From NCBI GenBank assembly GCA_031409275.1, contig JANNXA010000018.1, positions 1-64,000 on the forward strand: a stretch of DNA of 64,000 nt, read 5' to 3'. The notes under the pieces were generated by a model. It searched no databases. It saw only the letters and a list, made by a program, of their open reading frames with translations, and was not told the DNA's origin. The DNA is from Planctomycetota bacterium (GTDB taxonomy: Bacteria; Planctomycetota; B15-G4; SIAN01). The position numbers and the translations under genes were made by a program. Below, in pieces: positions 59,396-64,000 of this stretch. Positions within the stretch are counted from its first letter, which is position 1, and every line of letters begins with the position of its first letter.

Positions 59396-60799
59396 CTAGA
59401 CCGTCTGGGAGAAGCGCGGGCCGCTGCCGGCGGACGCACTCTCGACGAAGGTGTCGAATCGCATTGCCACGTTGCGAGCGAGGTATCTGCCGGGGCCGGT
59501 CAGTTCGAGCGTGGCGCCCTCGATCACCAGCAGTCCGTCAGCGACGAACGGCGCCAGTTGCTCGAACTCCCGCGCGAAGTGGGCGGCGAAGTCGACACCG
59601 TGGCGCGCACCGATCGCCGCGCCGTCGACGCGCAGCAGGCAGAGCAGCGAGCGGATCACGTCGCGCCGCAGCGCGTCCTCCTGCGAAAGCGCAAACCCGC
59701 GCCGCGTGGCGAGTCCGTGCTGCCGGATCGCTGCGGTCCACTCGGGAAGCGTCTCGTGGTTCTGCGCGTACAGGCGGTCGAGCTCGCCGATCGCGGAGGG
59801 GCCGAGGCCCACGGCGTGGTCGGCGTGGCGCACCGCGAAGCCCATGAAGTTGCGTGTCAGCGTCCCGTTGGCTCGCGCGGCGAAGAGCGGATCGGTCGGC
59901 CGCGCGAAGTGGTCGAAGCCGATCGATGCGTAGCCGGCCGCTTCGAGGCGTTCGACGGCGAGCTCGTACAGGTCGCGCCGCAGCGGAGGCGCAGGGAGCG
60001 TCGCCTCGTCGATCGACCGCTGCTGCTTCTTCAGCCACGGAACATGGGCGTAGCCGTAGACCGCGAGGCGATCGGGCCCCATCGCGATCACCTGGTCGAG
60101 CGTGCGCGCGAAGCCGGCAAGCGTCTGCCTGGGCAGTCCGTAGATGAGGTCGACGTTGATGCTGCCGAAGCCGCGCGTGCGCGCGTGCGCAAAGAGACTC
60201 GCGGTTTCCTCGTGGGTCTGGAAGCGATGGATGGCCGCCTGCACCTCGGGTGAGAGATCCTGCACGCCCATCGAGAGGCGCGTGAAGCCGCGCTCCGCGA
60301 GCAGGTCGAGCTGTGCCGGGCGCGTCACGTGCGGATGGACTTCGAGGCCCTTCTCGCGGCAGTCCGCGAAGTCGAAGCGCGCCTCGAGCAGATCGAGCAG
60401 TTGAGCGAGCTGCGCCTCGTCGAGGTGGGTCGGCGTGCCGCCGCCGAGGTGGAGCGCCCCGATTGTGAGCGGCCGGCCGGCGGCGCGCGCGACCGCGTCG
60501 ACCTCGCGCGAGAGCGTCGCGAGGTAGTCGACCACTGGCTCGCGCTTCTTCGTGATGAAGGTGTGGCAGCCGCAGAAGGTGCAGAGCTGCTCGCAGAACG
60601 GCAGGTGCACGTAGATCTCGCCGTCGGCGCGTCCGGCGACGGCGTGCGCGCGCCCGAGTGCTGCGAGCTCGTCGGCGAGCTGCCGCGGCCCGATCGCGTC
60701 GCTCCAGCTCGGGACGGGCGGATAGCTCGTGTAGCGCGGACCGTTCTTGCCGTACTTGACCAGCAACTCGTCGGCGACGCGCGGCGGAGCGAGGCTCAT
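59396..60799 (-). CDS. hemN: Oxygen-independent coproporphyrinogen III oxidase (radical SAM)
   Basis: 'GPRYTSYP', CxxxCxxC 'CEQLCTFCGC', 'GGGTPT', 'DLIYGLP' and 'RNFMG'; start at ATG 60799. Confidence 0.95.
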   Translation of the reverse strand: MSLAPPRVADELLVKYGKNGPRYTSYPPVPSWSDAIGPRQLADELAALGRAHAVAGRADGEIYVHLPFCEQLCTFCGCHTFITKKREPVVDYLATLSREVDAVARAAGRPLTIGALHLGGGTPTHLDEAQLAQLLDLLEARFDFADCREKGLEVHPHVTRPAQLDLLAERGFTRLSMGVQDLSPEVQAAIHRFQTHEETASLFAHARTRGFGSINVDLIYGLPRQTLAGFARTLDQVIAMGPDRLAVYGYAHVPWLKKQQRSIDEATLPAPPLRRDLYELAVERLEAAGYASIGFDHFARPTDPLFAARANGTLTRNFMGFAVRHADHAVGLGPSAIGELDRLYAQNHETLPEWTAAIRQHGLATRRGFALSQEDALRRDVIRSLLCLLRVDGAAIGARHGVDFAAHFAREFEQLAPFVADGLLVIEGATLELTGPGRYLARNVAMRFDTFVESASAGSGPRFSQTV

Positions 60800-61863
60800 G
60801 GCGACACCAACGCGTCGACCAGTGCGGCGACGCAATCGGGCTTCGCCTCGGGCGTGATGCCGTGGCCGAGGTTGGCGATGAAGCGCGAGCGCGGCGCCAT
60901 CGCGCGGCGCAGCGCGAGGGCCGCCGCAGCCGCCTGTTCGGGTGCGCCGAGCAGCAGCGCCGGGTCGAGGTTGCCCTGCACGGTCACGTGCGCCGGTACG
61001 CTCGCCGCGAACTCCGGGAGGTCGATGGTCCAGTCGACCGCGATGCCATCCGCGCCCGTCTCGAGCGCGAGCCGTGCGTGGTCGGCCGAGCCGCGCAGAA
61101 ACCAGAGGACGGGCACGCCGAGCGATCGCACCCGCGTGACGAGATGGCGCGCTGCCGGCAACACGAGGCGGCGCCACTGCGATGGCGGCAGCAGCCCGCC
61201 CCAGCTGTCGAAGAGCTGCACCGCTTGCGCGCCCCCTTCGACCTGCAGCGCGAGGTAGCTCGCCACGCCATCGGCGAGCTTCTCCAGCAGCGCAGCGAAG
61301 CTCGCCTCGTCGGCGTTCGCCAGCGCGCGCGCCTTCTCGAAGCCCTTGGCTCCCTTGCCTTGCAGCAGGTAGAGCGCCAGCGTGAGCGGCGCGCCGGAGA
61401 AGCCGATGCGCGCGACGTGGAGCGGCAGTTCGCGCTCGAGCAGTCGCAGCGTGCGCGCCGGCGCCGTCACGGCATCGTTCGGCTCGAACCGCGCGGGCGT
61501 CGCCGCCGCTTTCGCGTCGCGTGGGCCGTCGATCACTTCAGGGCCGTGGTCGCCGTAGCGGACGGTCCAGCCGAGTCCCTCGAACGGCACCAGCAGGTCG
61601 GAGAAGACGATCGCCGCGTCGAGCGCGAATCGGCGAATCGGCTGCAGCGTCACCTCGCATGCGGCGGCCGGATCGGCGCAGAGGTCGCCAAACGCGATCT
61701 TCTCGCGCAGCGCGCGGTACTCCGGCAGGTAGCGACCCGCCTGGCGATAGAGCCACGTCGGCGGATGGTCGACCGGCTCGCCGGCGAGCGCGCGCAACAG
61801 CAACGGCCGGGTGGCGGGACGCGGGGCGGTGAGCGGGGTGGCGAGCGGGATCGCAGGGGTCAC
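60796..61863 (-). CDS. hemE: Uroporphyrinogen decarboxylase
   Basis: 'RQAGRYLPEY', 'DAAIVFSDL', 'QLFDSW', 'QGNLDP' and 'NLGHGI'. Confidence 0.95.
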   Translation of the reverse strand: MTPAIPLATPLTAPRPATRPLLLRALAGEPVDHPPTWLYRQAGRYLPEYRALREKIAFGDLCADPAAACEVTLQPIRRFALDAAIVFSDLLVPFEGLGWTVRYGDHGPEVIDGPRDAKAAATPARFEPNDAVTAPARTLRLLERELPLHVARIGFSGAPLTLALYLLQGKGAKGFEKARALANADEASFAALLEKLADGVASYLALQVEGGAQAVQLFDSWGGLLPPSQWRRLVLPAARHLVTRVRSLGVPVLWFLRGSADHARLALETGADGIAVDWTIDLPEFAASVPAHVTVQGNLDPALLLGAPEQAAAAALALRRAMAPRSRFIANLGHGITPEAKPDCVAALVDALVSP

Positions 61864-62588
61864 GGCGGGCTCCTCGGTTCGGGCGTCACGGCGAGCCGAT
61901 AGCCGATGCCGCGATGGGTGTGCAGCCACTGCGGATGGCTCGCGTCGGCCTCGATCACGCGGCGCAGCTTCATCACGAAGTTGTCGACGGTGCGCTCGGT
62001 CGGGTCGGCCTGCGGCCCCCAGACCTTGTCGAGCAGTTCGCCGCGTCGCACCACCTGCCCGCGCCGCTCGGCGAGGTAGCGCAGGAGGTCGAACTCCTTG
62101 CCGCTCAGCCGATGGACCGCTCCGTCGATCTCGACCTCGCCGCTTTTCAGGTTGATGCGCGCGGTGCCGAGTCGCAGCACGCTGCGGCCGTAGACCGGCG
62201 ATGCGGAGCGCTCGCGGCGGCGCAGCAGCGCGGCGACGCGCGCCAGGAGTTCGCGCAGGTCGAACGGCTTGGCGAGGTAGTCGTCGCCGCCCGCCTGCAG
62301 GCCGCGCACGCGCTCGGCCGTCGAGCCGAGCGCGGAAAGGAACAGGATCGGGGTGTCGGCGTCGACGGCGCGCAGCCGCGCGCAGAACTCGAATCCGTCG
62401 AGGCCGGGCAGCATCACGTCGAGCACGACGAGGTCGATGCCGCCCACCTCGGCCAGCGCGAGCGCCTGCGCACCGTCGCCGCAAACCTGCACCAGGTGCC
62501 CTTCGTGGGCAAGGTTGATGCGGAGCGCCTCGGCGATGCCGGAGTCGTCCTCGACGACGAGCAGACGGGCGGCGAGCGCCGTGCTCAT
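61860..62588 (-). CDS. OmpR/PhoB family response regulator
   Basis: 'VVEDD', 'LDVMLP' and 'DDYLAKPF'; wHTH 'RTVDNFV.KLR...T.RG.GY'. Confidence 0.94.
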   Translation of the reverse strand: MSTALAARLLVVEDDSGIAEALRINLAHEGHLVQVCGDGAQALALAEVGGIDLVVLDVMLPGLDGFEFCARLRAVDADTPILFLSALGSTAERVRGLQAGGDDYLAKPFDLRELLARVAALLRRRERSASPVYGRSVLRLGTARINLKSGEVEIDGAVHRLSGKEFDLLRYLAERRGQVVRRGELLDKVWGPQADPTERTVDNFVMKLRRVIEADASHPQWLHTHRGIGYRLAVTPEPRSPP

Positions 62589-63589
62589 GCGCGTGCCTCC
62601 AGCAGCGGCAAGGTGAAGGCGAACGTGGCCCCGCAGTTGGCGCCAGCGCTGTGCGCCGCGACGCTGCCGCCATGCAGCGCGACGATCTCGCGCACCAGCC
62701 ACAGCCCGAGGCCCAATCCGGGGCGGCTGCGATCGGCGGGCGCGGCGCCGCGCTGGAAGCGGTCGAAGAGCTCGAGCGCTTGGCTCTGCTCGAAACCGAC
62801 GCCGCGGTCGATGACCGAGAGCTTGGCCGCGGCGCCGTCGCGCTCGACGGTCACGGTGAGGTGGGGCGCCTCGTGCGAGTACTTGAGCGCGTTGTCGAGC
62901 AGGTTGCCGAGCGCGCTCTGCAACAGCGATGGGTCGGCGCGAACCGAGAGGCCCGGCGCGATGCGGCGCACCAGCGTCGCGCCGCGCGATTCGAGGAGCG
63001 GAGCGCGCTGCGCGAGGCCGCGCTCCACCTCGGCGGCGAGGTCGAGGGCGATGAAGGTCGCGCGCAGCTTGCCGGCGTGGAGGCGTCCGGCGGCCAGGAC
63101 GTTGTCGACGAGGTCCTCGAGGCGGCGCGCGTTGGCCACGAGCGTCTGCGCGAGGCGGGCGCGGTCGGCGTCGCTGCCACGGTGGAGCTCGATCGATTGG
63201 GCGGCGAGCATGAGTGACGTGAGCGGGGTCTTGAAGTCATGGCTCACGGCGGCGAGCAGCTGGTTCTGCTCGTGCTCACGCGTGAGCTCGCGGCCCATCA
63301 GCCAGTAGATGCTGACGACGCCGCCGATCAGTGCCGCCGCGAGGAACGCCCCTTCCGCCACCGCCATGCGTTCACGGCTCTTGCGGATCGACTCGGCGTG
63401 CTCGGACGTGTCGCCGAGCTGCACTGCCGCGACGACGTCGCGCCGCGCCTCACGGAGCTGGAAGTAGATCCACCAGCCGATCTGCGCCAGGCAAAGCGTG
63501 ACCACCGCGAAGATGACGATGCGGGCGCGCCGAAAGCGGACGGCGCGGACGGTGTCGGCGGCGGCGGCGGCGGTCGCAGTCGCGGTCAT
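62585..63589 (-). CDS. Two-TM sensor histidine kinase
   Basis: H-box 'SHDFKTPL', N-box 'NLLDNALKY', 'DRGVG' and 'GLGLGL'; GAAGGAG RBS before ATG 63589. Confidence 0.93.
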   Translation of the reverse strand: MTATATAAAAADTVRAVRFRRARIVIFAVVTLCLAQIGWWIYFQLREARRDVVAAVQLGDTSEHAESIRKSRERMAVAEGAFLAAALIGGVVSIYWLMGRELTREHEQNQLLAAVSHDFKTPLTSLMLAAQSIELHRGSDADRARLAQTLVANARRLEDLVDNVLAAGRLHAGKLRATFIALDLAAEVERGLAQRAPLLESRGATLVRRIAPGLSVRADPSLLQSALGNLLDNALKYSHEAPHLTVTVERDGAAAKLSVIDRGVGFEQSQALELFDRFQRGAAPADRSRPGLGLGLWLVREIVALHGGSVAAHSAGANCGATFAFTLPLLEARA

Positions 63590-63599
63590 GCAGGCTCCT

Positions 63600-64000
63600 T
63601 CAGCTCGGGGATCGCAACGTCGCGTCATCGGCGAGCTCGGCAAGCGACCGCGTCAGCGCCGCGGCGAACTCCTGCGCGACAGCGGGACCATGCGCGCTCG
63701 ACACGAACCCGACCTCATCCTGCGCCGGCGCGAGCAGCACGCCGTGGGCGCGCAAACGCTCGTGGAGGCGCGCGAAACGTCTTCGAACCAGTGCGTCCGC
63801 GCGGTCGGCGCGGCGTGGCGGTGCGCCGTCGCCCGTCCACAGCCAGAACATGCTGCCGAAGAAGAGCGGCAGGAGCGAGAACGGGGCGGTGCGGCAGACC
63901 GGCGCGATCGCCGCTTCGAGGCCGGCGCTGCAGGCGTCGAGGCGGGCGCGTTCGACCGGATCGAGCGCGAGCTGAACGCTGGCGAGTCCGGCGGCCATCG
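63600..64000 (-). CDS. hemL: Glutamate-1-semialdehyde aminomutase, C-terminal part (5' end outside window)
   Basis: 'AMAAGLA', 'GSMFW', 'GVLLAP...E.GFVS.AH' match the HemL C-terminus; lies upstream of the hem genes. Confidence 0.75.
   Translation of the reverse strand, partial: MAAGLASVQLALDPVERARLDACSAGLEAAIAPVCRTAPFSLLPLFFGSMFWLWTGDGAPPRRADRADALVRRRFARLHERLRAHGVLLAPAQDEVGFVSSAHGPAVAQEFAAALTRSLAELADDATLRSPS

Overview
High-GC (~70% by eye) bacterial DNA, very likely Planctomycetota: it has a DUF1501 plus cytochrome-c/DUF1549/DUF1553 pair, FG-GAP and TolB-like propeller proteins, and a signal-peptide HEAT-repeat protein. In order, the window holds: a GntR(YtrA-like)/ABC operon with two paralogous permease-extracellular domain fusions; an EamA exporter; a hemerythrin; a decayed double-thioredoxin; a stand-alone RsmH paralog; an MFS-acyltransferase-acyl-ACP synthetase (Aas-type) fusion; and a lipoprotein fusing a CX5R phosphatase/sulfurtransferase domain to a C-terminal CxxCH cytochrome c' domain. 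Next come an integrase-core IS, a low-GC toxin-tip remnant with a putative immunity gene, a giant exonuclease-RecQ-UvrD fusion, a rhaEW-lutABC-rhaB operon, and a patch of gene remnants with a MITE-like inverted repeat. Three secreted propeller proteins carrying similar C-terminal domains follow. The last part has an nhaR / carbonic anhydrase / HPF-like / Ca-Na antiporter / nhaA / ftsH cluster, secreted proteases, and a heme operon (hemL-HK-RR-hemE-hemN-hemH-hemY) with an embedded two-component system. No rRNA, tRNA or CRISPR array was seen. All assignments come from motif recognition by eye; no searches were run.
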